DNA of 64,000 nucleotides from Flavobacteriaceae bacterium (GCA_038143735.1 JAYQML010000002.1:224992-288991); one strand, 5' to 3'; shown: positions 24,132 to 36,377, counted from the stretch's first letter. Program-made: numbers and translations. The notes: generated by a model from the sequence alone, not told the origin.

Positions 24132-25200
24132 GCTTTTTTGGTAATAAGCAAAAGCAGAATTAAGTATATCATTGGATACCTCAATATCCCATTGAGGTTG
24201 TCCAATTGATTTTAGCAGGGCAAACTTAACTTTTCCATGACTGTTCTTTTTATCGAAGGCCAATAATGCATAGATGGCAATTAAATCTTCTTCTTCAAAG
24301 ACAACCTTAGGGTAAATATTGTTAAAGACCCGTTTTATTTCCATACACTGGTCTTTGGGGAATCCAAGTAGCTCTTGTGAGATAAAAGCCTCCAATACCA
24401 TTCCAATAGCAATAGCCTCACCGTGCAGCAAAGTCGTTTTGTCTTCCGCCGTTAAAAAATAAGATTCGATTGCGTGTCCTAGCGTATGTCCAAAATTCAA
24501 AATTTTTCTCAGTGATTGCTCGGTTGGATCTTCTGTAACAACATTTAGTTTAATCCCAACAGAATGATGGATATGCGTTATAATGTCATCAGTAGTAATG
24601 CTGCTGTAATCAGCTAATTTTTGCCAATAATTTAAATCTTGAATTAAGCCATGTTTCAACATTTCTGCATAGCCGCTTCGGTACTCGTTCGCAGGAAGTG
24701 TATTCAAAAAGAGTGGATCAATAATCACTGCTTGAGGATTAATAATTACGCCTACCTGATTTTTAAGTGGACCCAAATCTACCCCTGTTTTTCCCCCCCA
24801 CCGATGCATCTACCATGGAAAGGAGGGTCGTAGGAACATTGATAAAATCAATACCTCGTTTAAAGGTGGCGGCTACAAAACCACCTAAATCAGTTACGAC
24901 TCCACCTCCAAGGTTGATGAGTAAACTTTTTCGATCTGCTCCAAGCTCAGATAAAGCCTCCCAAACGCCGAGACAAGTTTCGATATGTTTGTTTTCTTCA
25001 CCAGCCTCAATAGCGATAACCTCAATGTTTTTCGGCAAAGGATAGTTGGTTAGGAATTGAGACAAACAGTATTTTTCGGTATTACTGTCGACCAATATAA
25101 AAATAGAGGAGTGGTTGTTTTTATGGATAAGTTCTAAAAAAAACTCCTGATTTCCTTCGGTAAAATAGATCTTGTGTTGGTGGGCTTCTAAGACTTTCAT
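24093..25200 (-). CDS. aroB: 3-dehydroquinate synthase, frameshifted near 24790; exact stop uncertain
   Basis: GGGVVTDLGGF, PTTLLSMVDASVGGK, LNFGHTLGHAIE, HGEAIA. Confidence 0.9.
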
Positions 25201-25291
25201 AAACTTTAACAAAAATACACTTTTAAATTCAAAAAAGTGATGTATGTTTGTAATGCCTCAAATAAATATTCTACTATATTTATTTATAAAG

Positions 25292-25322
25292 AGGCAGTTC
25301 TTTTTAGAACTGCTTTTTTTTT
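25292..25322 (+). terminator. Terminator-like hairpin upstream of proline dehydrogenase
   Basis: GCAGTTCT-TTTT-AGAACTGC followed by a T-run; TATGTTTG box at 25243. Confidence 0.6.
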
Positions 25323-25355
25323 GTTCCCTTTTTTTTTCGATTTTAGTTCAAACTT

Positions 25356-26525
25356 TTGATAATGTTATTTGAAGATACCGAGGTAGCTTTTGCTTCTAAA
25401 AGTGATGCTGCACTGGAACGATCCTATTTTTTATTTCGACTAATTGCCAATCAACCTTTGGTGAGGATAGGGACCAACATAGCTCAATTTGCTTTAAAAT
25501 CGAACCTTCCAGTCGAGGGTTTAATTCGTGCGACAGTTTTTGATCATTTTTGTAGTGGAACTAATGCAAAAGAGTCCCTAACCGTAGTTAATCAGCTGGC
25601 CAAGCAAAATGTCTATTCCGTTTTGGATTATTCTGTCGAAGGTGCAAAAGCAGAAGTAAGTCTTGATGATTGCTTGAAAAACATACTTGAAACAATTGAA
25701 TTGTCGGCCAGTTCAAAAAACATTCCCTTTACCGTTTTTAAACCCACCGGTTTTGGACATCCGGAACTGTACTTAAAGAAAAGCAATAAAGAAGAATTAT
25801 CGACGGAGGAAGAAGCCGCATGGGAACGAATTCGCGGCCGTTTTGTGCAATGCTGTGAAACGGCTCAAAAGCATACTATGAAACTGTTGGTAGATGCAGA
25901 AGAAAGTTGGATTCAACCCGCGGTCAATTTACTTGTAGAAGAGATGATGGCTATTTATAACAAAAAACATGCTTTAATTCATACAACAGCACAGCTCTAT
26001 CTTAAAGATAAGCTTAGCTATTTAGTTTATTTAGGGGAGAAGGCGCAAAAGGAAGGCTTTATTGCAGGTGTGAAGCTTGTTCGGGGTGCCTATATGGAAA
26101 AAGAAGGTGAACGTGCTCTTTTACTAAATTATCCTAATCCAATTTGTTCGACAAAAGCAGAAACAGATTTGAATTTTGATGCAGCTTGGGCATATATGTT
26201 AGATCAGCTAGATTTGTTTTCGATTTATTTTGGTAGCCATAATGAAGAAAGTACCTACGCCTTGATGGCAGCATTAAAAAAGCGGGGTATTGCCAATGAT
26301 CATCCGCACATTTGGTTTGGTCAGTTATACGGGATGAGTGATCAAATTAGTTTCAATTTAGCCAAAGTTGGATTTAACGTATCAAAATATTTGCCCTTTG
26401 GGCCAGTTAAAGATGTATTGCCCTATTTGATTCGTCGAGCGGAAGAAAATACTTCTGTCAAGGGACAAACAATGCGAGAATTAGCGTTGATAATGAAAGA
26501 AAGAAAACGACGAAAGTTGAACTAA
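25356..26525 (+). CDS. Monofunctional proline dehydrogenase
   Basis: VDAEES, VKLVRGAYMEKE, GSHN, QLYGM, YLIRRAEEN. Confidence 0.9.
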   Translation: MIMLFEDTEVAFASKSDAALERSYFLFRLIANQPLVRIGTNIAQFALKSNLPVEGLIRATVFDHFCSGTNAKESLTVVNQLAKQNVYSVLDYSVEGAKAEVSLDDCLKNILETIELSASSKNIPFTVFKPTGFGHPELYLKKSNKEELSTEEEAAWERIRGRFVQCCETAQKHTMKLLVDAEESWIQPAVNLLVEEMMAIYNKKHALIHTTAQLYLKDKLSYLVYLGEKAQKEGFIAGVKLVRGAYMEKEGERALLLNYPNPICSTKAETDLNFDAAWAYMLDQLDLFSIYFGSHNEESTYALMAALKKRGIANDHPHIWFGQLYGMSDQISFNLAKVGFNVSKYLPFGPVKDVLPYLIRRAEENTSVKGQTMRELALIMKERKRRKLN

Positions 26526-26887
26526 TCTTTGTAGGTAAGCGCTTTAATTTTTACGTTGTGTAAACAGTTTTCAACGTTTAACTGTACTGGCCGTTTTTCC
26601 AAAAAAGTGTTTAGAACATAGATCTTACAGCTGTCTAGACTCGTATTGCTCGAGCTAAAATCAACATCTGCAGCCTTTAATAGATGATGAATTTTTAGAC
26701 TATCTAGTTCAATTGGATTGGTTACAGCTGAACTAAATGTCCATTGTTTTTCCGATAAATTATTTAATACTCTTGCCTCTGGGCCATAGTGACATTGCGT
26801 TCTTTTTCCGTTGAAAATAAAAAACAACAGTATTAAACCAACAGAAAAACCTCCTAAATAGTAGCCCAAACGATATAAAAAATTCAT
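26522..26887 (-). CDS. Conserved hypothetical membrane-anchored protein (DUF4258-like)
   Basis: RLGYYLGGFSVGLILLFFI TM segment followed by CHYGPEARV. Confidence 0.6.
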   Translation of the reverse strand: MNFLYRLGYYLGGFSVGLILLFFIFNGKRTQCHYGPEARVLNNLSEKQWTFSSAVTNPIELDSLKIHHLLKAADVDFSSSNTSLDSCKIYVLNTFLEKRPVQLNVENCLHNVKIKALTYKD

Positions 26888-26891
26888 GCGG

Positions 26892-27299
26892 TTATGTAAG
26901 TGTTAGTTTTCTGGTGTTCAAATCTATTTTTTGGAGTAGAATCTTTTGGTGATTCAAGGGAAGAATGGAAGCGATGTTTTCTGACCATTCAACCAAGCAT
27001 AGGTTTTCTGAGTAGAGATACTCTTCAGCACCAAAATCCAATGCCTCTTCTTCAGATTCAATTCGGTAACAGTCAAAGTGATAGATGCTTTCTCCTTTTT
27101 TGTTTTGGTATTCGTTAATTAATGAAAATGTGGGGCTGGTGACCACATCAACGACAGATAAAGCAGTGCAGAGTGCTTGAATTAAGCTTGTCTTACCAGC
27201 GCCCATTTCACCTTGAAAACAGATTACGTTTGAGGTTAAAAGGGGAAGTAGCTCCCTTGCAATTGCATTGATCTCTTCTAATGTGTACGATTTCGTCAC
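26892..27299 (-). CDS. tsaE: tRNA t6A biosynthesis ATPase TsaE
   Basis: GEMGAGKT, VTSPTFSLINEY, HFDCYR, VEW. Confidence 0.93.
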   Translation of the reverse strand: MTKSYTLEEINAIARELLPLLTSNVICFQGEMGAGKTSLIQALCTALSVVDVVTSPTFSLINEYQNKKGESIYHFDCYRIESEEEALDFGAEEYLYSENLCLVEWSENIASILPLNHQKILLQKIDLNTRKLTLT

Positions 27300-27304
27300 C
27301 CTTG

Positions 27305-28854
27305 TTATTTTGGTGTCAAAAATACAAAAGGAATTAAGATTTCTTCCAAAGAAATCCCACCATGTTGATAGCTGTTTTGAAATAAGTTTGCATAGTGATG
27401 GTAATTTTTAGGATAAACAAAATAGTTGGCTTCTTTCGCAAAAATAAACCTGCTGTTGATCCCTATACGCGGTAATTTAAGGTCTTCTGGATCAATTACT
27501 TCCATAACTTTCTTTGGAGGAAATTTGAGATTTTTCCCGGTTTTATAGCGCAAATTAATACTGGAATCTCGATCGCCTACTACCTCTAGGGGAGTTCGAA
27601 CATTGGTGGTTCCATGATCCGTAGTCACAATCAAATTAAAACCGAGTCGTTGTGCAGCCTGCATAATGTCTAGTAGTGGACTGTTTTTAAACCAGCTTTC
27701 TGTTAACGATCGGTACCCCTTGTTGTCTGAGGCCAATTCTTTGATGATTTCCATTTCTGACTTCGCATGTGAAATCATGTCCACAAAGTTATATACAACG
27801 GTCAACAAGCTGTCATCCTTGTAATTGTGCATTTGCTCCGCCAGAGATTTTGCTGCTTTAAGCTGCGTAATTTTTTTGTAACTAAATTTCCCCTTGATGT
27901 GCAAGCGGCTAAGTTGATTAAGAAGCAATTCTTCTTCAAAGAGATTTTTTCCTCCCTCTTCGGTATCATCTTTCCAATAGTGCGGATATTGTTGTTTGAT
28001 TTCACTGGGCATTAAGCCGGCAAACAGTGCATTTCGGGCATATTGTGTTGCGGGTGGCAATATGCTGTAATATATATCCTCCTCTTTTTTAGATAAAAGT
28101 TTGATAAAATCGGCTCGATGGTTTTCCATTGATCCCAGCGAAGATTGTCGATGACCAAAAGCAATGTAGGGGAATCAGTGTCTAGTTTAGCTTTAATTTT
28201 TTCTTTAAATAGCCTATGGGATAGCACAGGAGCTGATTCTGTGGAATGAAGCCATTTTTTGTAATTTTTCTCAATAAACTTTCCAAAAAGTGCGTTGGCT
28301 TCTTTCAATTGATTTTCGAAGATTTCCAACATATTCGAATCATCGAGTTCTTGCAATTCTAATTCCCAAAAAACCAGTTTTTTATAAAAAGTCACCCAGT
28401 CCTGGTGGGTGTCTATGTCCATTAATTCCAGACTGATTTTCTGAAATTCTTTTTGATAATTATGGGTGGTTTTCTCAGAAATTAAGCTTTTGTGATTTAA
28501 AATTTTCTTTAGTGACAGCAATATCTGACTGGGTTTTACGGGTTTAATTAAATAGTCAGAGATTTTAGATCCTATAGCATCTTCCATGATGTGTTCTTCT
28601 TCATTCTTAGTCACCATTACTACCGGCAGATTTGGATGCTGGGTTTTTAGCATACCAAGTGTTTCTAGACCATTTAACCCGGGCATATTTTCGTCCAGTA
28701 AAACCACATCATAGTGCTGTGTATTGACCAATTCAATGGCCTCTTGTCCGTTGGTACAAGCATGGGCTTTATAGCCCTTAGATTCTAAAAAAATAAAATG
28801 CGGCTTGAGTAAATCAACTTCATCGTCTACCCATAAGATTTGGATTGGTTGCAT
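27305..28854 (-). CDS. porX: PorX response regulator (receiver plus PglZ domain), frameshifted near 28085
   Basis: ILWVDDE/LLDENMPG receiver; IDNLRWDQW, LPPATQYARNALF, TTDHG, YQHGGIS PglZ motifs; adjacent to tsaE. Confidence 0.88.
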
Positions 28855-28884
28855 ATTCTTTATATTTGTTGAAAATTTTCTTAT

Positions 28885-30099
28885 TTGAAAGCGAACAAAC
28901 TCCCTACATTAAACGATCCAATTTACGGATTTATTAGTGTAGAATCGAAATTAGTTTTTGATTTATTGGAACACCCTTATTTTCAGCGTTTACGTAGAAT
29001 TTCGCAGATGGGACTTTCTTCATTGGTTTATCCGGGTGCACGACATAGTCGGTTTGAGCATGCCCTAGGGGCGATGCATCTTATGAACAAAACAATAGAA
29101 ATATTACAGCGCAAGCATATTGACATTTCTTCGAAGGAGAAAGAAGCCTTGGCCATAGCTATTCTTTTACACGATATTGGGCACGGGCCTTTTTCTCATG
29201 CCATAGAGCGGACAATTTTTTTAGGGGTCAATCATGAGAAACTTTCACTAGGGTTTATGGAATTACTCAACAAAGCCTTTAAGGGTAAACTTTCCTTAGC
29301 GATCGCTATCTATGCAAATCAGTATGAGCGTAAATTTATGCATCAATTGGTTTCTAGTCAACTCGATATCGACCGTTTGGATTATCTAAAGCGCGATAGT
29401 TTTTACACGGGAGCTACGGAAGGAAACATCAATAGTCCAAGAATCATCGAAATGCTTAATGTAGTAGACGATCAAGTTGTTGTGGAAGAAAATGGACTTT
29501 TCTCTGTTGAAAAATTCATCATGGCAAGGCGCTTAATGTATTGGCAGGTATATCTTCATAAGACCGGACTTGTTGCAGAGCTATTATTGAGTAACACCAT
29601 GCAATATGTCCGTCAGCTTGTTGCAAAAGGGGTAGCAGTTCCAATGACAGAGGATATGATGTATTTTATTTCGCACGACAAGCTAGATCCAAATGATCCA
29701 TCGGTCCTAGATAAATTCAGCCATTTGGATGATACGGATATTTATGCCTCCTTAAAGCAATGGCAATATCATGCTGATGAAGTATTGGCTTCATTTTCAA
29801 AAAGGTTAATTAATCGAGATTTAATGAAGATGAAATACCGAAAAGAACCCTTTACTGCTGAGGAGATTCAAGCACAAAAGCAGACTCTTATTGATGATGG
29901 ATTTTCTCGAGAGTACCTAGAGAATTTTGTCTTTTCAGACCAAATCTCATGCAAGGTCTACACCAATCGCGAACCCATAAAAATTTTGGACAAGAATGGC
30001 GCGATTCATTCCTTACAAGACTTTTCATCTCTCTTTGATGGAAAAACCTTTTCAACAACTGAAATAAAGCATTATCTCTGCTACCCAAAATCAAAATAG
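28885..30099 (+). CDS. HD-domain phosphohydrolase
   Basis: DPIYG, FQRLRRISQMG, HSRFEH, LLHDIGHGPFSH, DIDRLDYL. Confidence 0.9.
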   Translation: MKANKLPTLNDPIYGFISVESKLVFDLLEHPYFQRLRRISQMGLSSLVYPGARHSRFEHALGAMHLMNKTIEILQRKHIDISSKEKEALAIAILLHDIGHGPFSHAIERTIFLGVNHEKLSLGFMELLNKAFKGKLSLAIAIYANQYERKFMHQLVSSQLDIDRLDYLKRDSFYTGATEGNINSPRIIEMLNVVDDQVVVEENGLFSVEKFIMARRLMYWQVYLHKTGLVAELLLSNTMQYVRQLVAKGVAVPMTEDMMYFISHDKLDPNDPSVLDKFSHLDDTDIYASLKQWQYHADEVLASFSKRLINRDLMKMKYRKEPFTAEEIQAQKQTLIDDGFSREYLENFVFSDQISCKVYTNREPIKILDKNGAIHSLQDFSSLFDGKTFSTTEIKHYLCYPKSK

Positions 30100-30126
30100 T
30101 TCTTTAATTTTTATATTTTTGCACTG

Positions 30127-31146
30127 ATGAAATTTACGGCCGCACAAATCGCAACAATTCTTAACGGTAGAGTAGATGGTGATGCTACTATAGAAGTTTC
30201 TCAATTATCTAAAATTGAAGAGGGAACGCACGGCTCGCTCACCTTTTTGGCCAATCCCAAATATACCCCACATATTTACGCTACAAATGCCTCATTGGTC
30301 ATTGTAAATGAAGATTTTAAACCTGAGAAGGCGTTGACACCAACCTTGATTAGGGTTCCTGACGCTTACCAAGCATTTGCCACTCTTCTAGAATACTACA
30401 ACAACCAGAAAAAAAAGAGGGCTGGGCAAGAAGAAACGGCAATTGTAGGAAAAAACGTGACTATCCCAGATAATTGTTATTTAGGGCATTATGTCGTAAT
30501 TGGTGACAATGTTAAGATTGGGAAGAATGTGGTCATTCATGCCCACGTAATCATTGAAGATAATGTTGTCATTGGAGATGATTCGGTAATTCATTCAAAT
30601 TCAACCATTCATTCCGATTCACAAATAGGAGTGTTTTGTGTTATCCATACGGGTTGTGTTATCGGTTCTGATGGTTTCGGTTTTGCACCTAGCGAAGATG
30701 GTAGTTACCAAAAAATACCCCAAACAGGGAAAGTAATTATAGAAGATCATGTGGACATTGGTGCAAATTCTACCATTGATCGAGCAACACTTGGGGCAAC
30801 AAAAATTGGCCGAGGCGTAAAATTAGACAATCAAATTCAAATTGCACACAATGTTGAAATTGGTGCTAATACCGTCATTGCTGCTCAATCGGGTGTTGCA
30901 GGATCTACTAAAATTGGGAAAAACTGCATTATTGGAGGTCAAGTGGGTATCATTGGTCATTTGAAAATTGGAGATAATGTAAGTATACAAGGACAATCAG
31001 GTGTTACTAGTAGTATAGAAAGTAACAAAACGTTATATGGCACCCCTGCGTTCAACTACAATGAATACTTAAAATCATATATTTATTTTAAACGTTTTCC
31101 ATCCATAGTAAAACGTTTAGAAACGCTAGAAAAATCAACTACATGA
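30127..31146 (+). CDS. lpxD: UDP-3-O-acylglucosamine N-acyltransferase
   Basis: LTFLANPKY, hexapeptide repeats, [19 protein letters not shown]. Confidence 0.95.
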   Translation: MKFTAAQIATILNGRVDGDATIEVSQLSKIEEGTHGSLTFLANPKYTPHIYATNASLVIVNEDFKPEKALTPTLIRVPDAYQAFATLLEYYNNQKKKRAGQEETAIVGKNVTIPDNCYLGHYVVIGDNVKIGKNVVIHAHVIIEDNVVIGDDSVIHSNSTIHSDSQIGVFCVIHTGCVIGSDGFGFAPSEDGSYQKIPQTGKVIIEDHVDIGANSTIDRATLGATKIGRGVKLDNQIQIAHNVEIGANTVIAAQSGVAGSTKIGKNCIIGGQVGIIGHLKIGDNVSIQGQSGVTSSIESNKTLYGTPAFNYNEYLKSYIYFKRFPSIVKRLETLEKSTT

Positions 31147-32540
31147 AAAGCCTACAAACAACAATTGATAAAGAAGTAAGCCTCCAAGGTGTTGGCTTGC
31201 ATACCGGTAAAGATGTTACGTTAAAATTTATTCCTGCTCCTGCCAATACTGGTTATCGATTTGTTCGTTTTGATCTAGAAGACAACCCAGAGATTGAGGC
31301 GGATGTTCAGTGGGTTACAGACACACAGAGAGGGACTAACCTTGAAAAAAATGGCGTGAAGATTCATACCTCAGAACATGTTCTTTCTGCTCTGGTTGGT
31401 CTCGAAATTGATAACTGCTATATTCACTTAAATGCACCCGAACCTCCCATTATGGATGGTTCCTCCATTGAATTTGTCAAAGCTTTGCGTGAAGCCGGTA
31501 TCAAAAGTTTGGATCAGAACAGGGAAGAATATGTAGTGAAAGAGGTTATACACTTTAAAGATGACGAAACGGGAAGTGAAATGACCATACTTCCATCAGA
31601 CGCCTATCAAATTACAACCATGGTAGACTTTGGCACCAAAGTACTTGGGACACAAAATGCTACCTTAGATAACTTGGCTGATTACGAAAATGAAATCGCT
31701 TCCTCCAGAACATTTAGTTTTTTGCACGAATTAGAAATGCTTTTAGAAAATGGTTTAATTCAAGGTGGTGATTTGAATAATGCTATTGTTTATGTAGATA
31801 AACCTTTGTCAAAAGAAACAATGGAACGCCTCAAGAAAGCCTTTAATAAGAAAGAAATTGCCGTGCGTCCAAACGGGGTATTGGATAATTTATCGCTGCA
31901 TTATCCCAATGAAGCAGCACGACATAAATTGCTTGACGTTATCGGAGATTTGGCGCTCATTGGGCAAAGAATCCGCGGAAGAGTTATTGCCCATAAACCA
32001 GGGCATAGAATTAATGTTGAGTTTGCAAAAAAATTAGCTAAAATCATAAAGCAAGAGAAGCGATTAAATGTCCCATCGGTGGACATGAGTGTACCACCAC
32101 TAATGAACGTTACTCAAATCATGAAAATGCTTCCGCATCGTCCCCCTTTTTTATTGGTCGATAAAATCCATGAGCTATCAGAATCACATGTCATTGGATC
32201 AAAAGGAGTGACCATGAACGAACCGTTTTTTGAAGGACACTTTCCTGGAGCACCCGTAATGCCAGGCGTTCTTCAGGTAGAAGCCATGGCACAGGTGGGT
32301 GGAGTCTTGGTACTTAACACTGTTCCAGACCCTGAAAATTACCTAACATTTTTCATGAAAATTGACAATGTTAAGTTCAAGCATCCTGTACATCCAGGTG
32401 ATCATCTTGTGTTTAAATTAGAACTTATTACGCCAATTCGAAGAGGTATTTGCCACATGAAAGGCCATACCTTTGTCAATGGAAAACTAGCGACTGAAGG
32501 AGAATTAATGGCGCAAATTATACGAAAAGAAAAAGTATGA
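31143..32540 (+). CDS. lpxC-fabZ: Bifunctional LpxC/FabZ
   Basis: [23 protein letters not shown] (LpxC); [23 protein letters not shown] (FabZ). Confidence 0.95.
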   Translation: MKSLQTTIDKEVSLQGVGLHTGKDVTLKFIPAPANTGYRFVRFDLEDNPEIEADVQWVTDTQRGTNLEKNGVKIHTSEHVLSALVGLEIDNCYIHLNAPEPPIMDGSSIEFVKALREAGIKSLDQNREEYVVKEVIHFKDDETGSEMTILPSDAYQITTMVDFGTKVLGTQNATLDNLADYENEIASSRTFSFLHELEMLLENGLIQGGDLNNAIVYVDKPLSKETMERLKKAFNKKEIAVRPNGVLDNLSLHYPNEAARHKLLDVIGDLALIGQRIRGRVIAHKPGHRINVEFAKKLAKIIKQEKRLNVPSVDMSVPPLMNVTQIMKMLPHRPPFLLVDKIHELSESHVIGSKGVTMNEPFFEGHFPGAPVMPGVLQVEAMAQVGGVLVLNTVPDPENYLTFFMKIDNVKFKHPVHPGDHLVFKLELITPIRRGICHMKGHTFVNGKLATEGELMAQIIRKEKV

Positions 32541-33322
32541 ATCAACCACTAGCTTATGTCCATCCGGGTGCAAAAATTGCTAAAAACGTTGTAATTGAAC
32601 CCTTTACTACCATTAATAACGACGTTGTAATTGGGGAAGGAACCTGGATAGGGTCAAACGTAACCATCATGGAAGGGGCACGAATTGGTAAGAATTGTAC
32701 GATTTTTCCCGGATCAGTTATTTCTGCACCACCACAAGACCTAAAGTACAACGGAGAAGAAACCCATACAATTATTGGAGACAACACCACCATTAGGGAA
32801 TGTGTGACAATTAACCGAGGAACCAGCGAACGCAATGAAACTGTTATAGGAAACAATTGTTTGATTATGGCCTACTGCCACATTGCACACGATTGTGTTG
32901 TTGGTGACCATTGTATCTTTTCAAACAACAGCACCTTAGCAGGACATGTAAATATTGGTAATTGTGTTATTCTTGCAGGGATGACAGCCATTCATCAGTT
33001 CTGTACAGTAGGGGACTATGCCTTTATTACTGGGGGTTCATTGGTAAGAAAAGATGTTCCTCCTTTTGTTAAAGCTGCACGAGAACCTCTTTCTTATGTT
33101 GGGGTTAATTCTGTAGGATTACGAAGAAGGGGTTTTTCCACCGAGAAAATTAGAGAGATCCAATCGATATTTCGTATTCTTTACCAAAAAAACTACAACA
33201 ATACGCAGGCTACCGAAATTCTTGAAGCGGAAATGGAAGTTAGCCCAGAACGAGATGAAATCATAGACTTCATCAAGAATTCACATAGAGGTATCATGAA
33301 AGGGTACTTTCGTAAAAACTAA
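32537..33322 (+). CDS. lpxA: UDP-N-acetylglucosamine O-acyltransferase
   Basis: PQDLKY, IRECVTINRGT, HIAHDC, LAGHV, IHQF. Confidence 0.95.
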   Translation: MNQPLAYVHPGAKIAKNVVIEPFTTINNDVVIGEGTWIGSNVTIMEGARIGKNCTIFPGSVISAPPQDLKYNGEETHTIIGDNTTIRECVTINRGTSERNETVIGNNCLIMAYCHIAHDCVVGDHCIFSNNSTLAGHVNIGNCVILAGMTAIHQFCTVGDYAFITGGSLVRKDVPPFVKAAREPLSYVGVNSVGLRRRGFSTEKIREIQSIFRILYQKNYNNTQATEILEAEMEVSPERDEIIDFIKNSHRGIMKGYFRKN

Positions 33323-33330
33323 ACTTAATT

Positions 33331-33897
33331 ATGGCATCAACTTCAGATATTCGCAAAGGACTTTGCATCAAATACAACAATGATATCTATAAGATCATCG
33401 AATTTTTACATGTTAAACCAGGGAAAGGACCTGCTTTTGTTCGTACTAAATTAAAGAGTGTGACCAGTGGAAAGGTTATTGACAATACCTTTTCCGCAGG
33501 GCACAAAATTGAAGATGTTCGGGTCGAAACAAGTAAATATCAGTACCTCTATAATGAAGGTGAAGCCTATCACTTCATGAACAATGAAGATTATAATCAA
33601 ATTAGCATTGATAAAAGCATCCTAGATAACCCAGAATTGATGAAAGAAGGGGAGATCGTAACTATATTAATCAATACAGAAGATGGTATGCCATTGTCGG
33701 TAGATATGCCAGCTAGTGTTGTTTTAGAGGTTACCCATACCGAACCTGGTGTCAAGGGGAATACAGCTACAAATGCAACCAAGCCTGCAACGGTAGAAAC
33801 TGGGGCAAGGATCAATGTTCCATTGTTCATTAACGAAGGCGATAAAATTAAAGTGGATGCTGAAAAAGGTGTTTATTTAGAACGAATTAAAGAATAA
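33331..33897 (+). CDS. efp: Elongation factor P
   Basis: HVKPGKGPAFVRTK, PGVKGNTA, KPATVETG. Confidence 0.96.
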   Translation: MASTSDIRKGLCIKYNNDIYKIIEFLHVKPGKGPAFVRTKLKSVTSGKVIDNTFSAGHKIEDVRVETSKYQYLYNEGEAYHFMNNEDYNQISIDKSILDNPELMKEGEIVTILINTEDGMPLSVDMPASVVLEVTHTEPGVKGNTATNATKPATVETGARINVPLFINEGDKIKVDAEKGVYLERIKE

Positions 33898-33917
33898 ACT
33901 AAATAAAAAAAGAATAA

Positions 33918-34790
33918 ATGAGCGTATTAGTAAATAAAGATTCTAAAATCATCGTGCAAGGTTTTACGGGTAGTGAAGGTACTTTCCATGCAACGCAAAT
34001 GATTGAATATGGTACAAATGTAGTGGGTGGTGTTACTCCAGGAAAAGGTGGGCAAAGTCACTTAGATCGCCCGGTATTCAACACAGTTGCTGAAGCAGTT
34101 GAGAAGGTTGCAGCAGACACTGCAATTATCTTTGTGCCACCAGCATTTGCTGCAGATGCCATTATGGAAGCCGCTGATGCAGGGATAAAAGTTATTATCA
34201 CCATTACAGAAGGAATTCCTGTTGCCGACATGGTAAAAGCATCAGATTACATCAAAGACAGGGATTGTACCATGATTGGTCCAAATTGTCCAGGGGTCAT
34301 CACGCCGGGCGAAGCTAAGGTGGGAATTATGCCTGGTTTTGTTTTCAAAAAAGGAAATGTTGGAATTATTTCTAAATCAGGAACCCTAACCTACGAAGCT
34401 GCTGATCAGGTAGTGCGTGAAGGTTATGGTATTACAACAGCGATTGGTATTGGTGGAGATCCGATTATCGGAACAACCACCAAAGATGCTGTAGAGTTGT
34501 TCATGAGCGATCCAGAAACGGAGTGTATTGTCATGATTGGAGAAATTGGTGGTCAGTTAGAAGCTGATGCTGCGCGATACGTGAGAGACTCTGGAAATAA
34601 AAAGCCTGTGGTTGGGTTTATTGCAGGAGAAACTGCTCCAGCCGGACGCACAATGGGACACGCAGGTGCGATCGTTGGCGGATCTGACGATACAGCCCAA
34701 GCCAAGAAACGCATCATGGCAGAATGTGGAATTCATGTAGTGGATTCTCCTGCTGCCATTGGAAGTAAAGTTGCAGAAGTTCTTGCCTAA
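33918..34790 (+). CDS. sucD: Succinyl-CoA ligase alpha subunit
   Basis: [36 protein letters not shown]. Confidence 0.96.
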   Translation: MSVLVNKDSKIIVQGFTGSEGTFHATQMIEYGTNVVGGVTPGKGGQSHLDRPVFNTVAEAVEKVAADTAIIFVPPAFAADAIMEAADAGIKVIITITEGIPVADMVKASDYIKDRDCTMIGPNCPGVITPGEAKVGIMPGFVFKKGNVGIISKSGTLTYEAADQVVREGYGITTAIGIGGDPIIGTTTKDAVELFMSDPETECIVMIGEIGGQLEADAARYVRDSGNKKPVVGFIAGETAPAGRTMGHAGAIVGGSDDTAQAKKRIMAECGIHVVDSPAAIGSKVAEVLA

Positions 34791-34800
34791 TACACATAAG

Positions 34801-35547
34801 ATGAAATTACTAGACGGAAAAACAGCTATAATAACCGGTGCCAGTAGAGGAATTGGACGTGGTATTGCGCAAGTATTTGCACAACACGGGTGTGCTGTAG
34901 CCTTTACTTACAGTAGTTCTGTTGATGCTGCAAATGCCTTAGAATCAGAGCTAAAATCCCTAGGAGTTAAAGCAAAAGGATACCAAAGTAATGCAGCTAG
35001 TTTTGAGCAGGCACAAGCACTGGTAGAAGATGTTTTAAAGGATTTTGATGGTGTCGATATTTTGATTAATAATGCCGGGATTACGAAAGATAATTTACTC
35101 ATGCGCATGGGGGAAGAGGATTTTGACAAAGTAATCGAAGTCAACCTAAAGTCTGTTTTTAATATGACTAAGGCAGTTCAACGAACGTTCTTAAAACAAC
35201 GCAAAGGATCATTGATCCACATGAGTTCTGTTGTGGGAGTAAAAGGAAACGCAGGACAAGCCAATTATGCTGCTTCCAAAGCTGGAATCATTGGCTTTTC
35301 AAAATCAATCGCATTAGAATTGGGTTCACGTAACATACGATCAAATGTTATTGCACCTGGATTTATTGAAACAGAAATGACCGCTAACTTACCCGAAGAC
35401 GTTGTTCAGGGCTGGCGAAACGGTATCCCGCTTAAAAGAGGAGGAAGCCCAGAAGACATTGCGAATGCATGTGTTTTCTTGGGATCAGATTTATCTAGCT
35501 ACATCACCGGACAGGTGCTCAATGTAGATGGTGGAATGTTAACTTAA
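34801..35547 (+). CDS. fabG: 3-oxoacyl-ACP reductase
   Basis: TGASRGIG, NNAGITKD, YAASK, VIAPGFIET; start at MKLLDGK. Confidence 0.92.
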   Translation: MKLLDGKTAIITGASRGIGRGIAQVFAQHGCAVAFTYSSSVDAANALESELKSLGVKAKGYQSNAASFEQAQALVEDVLKDFDGVDILINNAGITKDNLLMRMGEEDFDKVIEVNLKSVFNMTKAVQRTFLKQRKGSLIHMSSVVGVKGNAGQANYAASKAGIIGFSKSIALELGSRNIRSNVIAPGFIETEMTANLPEDVVQGWRNGIPLKRGGSPEDIANACVFLGSDLSSYITGQVLNVDGGMLT

Positions 35548-35558
35548 AAAAATACAAT

Positions 35559-36377
35559 ATGAACAAATTACCAAAAATTGGCCTACCAGCCCTTGCGATA
35601 GGGTTTATTCTAATTATTTTCATTTCTAAATCTTCCATCAATATTGGTTATGGAGAAGCAGGAGTTTTGTTTAAAACCTTCGGCGGTGGTGTAGTCGTTG
35701 ATGAACCACCATTGGGAGAAGGCTTTCATATCATTGCTCCCTGGAACAAGGTCTATGTTTATAATGTAAAACAGCAAGAGTTTTTCGAAGGAAACATGCA
35801 AGTATTGTCTTCCAACGGACTCGAAATTTCTTTGGATGTTTCCGTGCTTTATCAACCAAAATACGAGGAGATTGGTCTCCTCCATAAAACCAAAGGCGAA
35901 AACTATGTCAATGTGGTTTTAATCCCGCAAATACGTGCTGTAGCCCGTTCAGTTGTGGGACGCTATACGCCAGAGCAATTGTATTCTACCAAGCGTGATG
36001 CTATTCAAAATGAAATTTATGATGAAACCAAAAAGAACGTTGAATCGCAACACATTCAATTAAACGCTGTGCTTGTTCGTGATGTAACACTTCCTTTAGC
36101 GATTAAAGAAGCCATTGAACGTAAATTACGCCAAGAGCAAGAAGCGTTAGAATACGAATTCCGTATTGAAAAAGCCAAACAAGAAGCTGAACGTCAGCGT
36201 ATTGATGCTGAAGGAAAAGCTACGGCTAACCGTATTTTAAGTGCTTCATTGACCGACAAAATTCTTCAAGAAAAAGGAATTGAAGCGACCATTAAATTAT
36301 CTGAATCTCCCAATTCAAAAGTTATTGTGATTGGTAGTGGCGATAATGGTTTGCCCATTATTCTTGGAAATCAATAA
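35559..36377 (+). CDS. SPFH/prohibitin-family membrane protein
   Basis: N-terminal TM, PLGEGFHIIAPWN, coiled coil EAERQRIDAEG. Confidence 0.9.
   Translation: MNKLPKIGLPALAIGFILIIFISKSSINIGYGEAGVLFKTFGGGVVVDEPPLGEGFHIIAPWNKVYVYNVKQQEFFEGNMQVLSSNGLEISLDVSVLYQPKYEEIGLLHKTKGENYVNVVLIPQIRAVARSVVGRYTPEQLYSTKRDAIQNEIYDETKKNVESQHIQLNAVLVRDVTLPLAIKEAIERKLRQEQEALEYEFRIEKAKQEAERQRIDAEGKATANRILSASLTDKILQEKGIEATIKLSESPNSKVIVIGSGDNGLPIILGNQ

Noticed and set aside
27305-28854. PglZ domain as evidence of a BREX system
   Set aside because: Receiver-PglZ next to tsaE is the core PorX gene, and no other brx genes are present.
31143-32540. LpxC-FabZ fusion as a novelty
   Set aside because: This fusion is standard in Bacteroidota.
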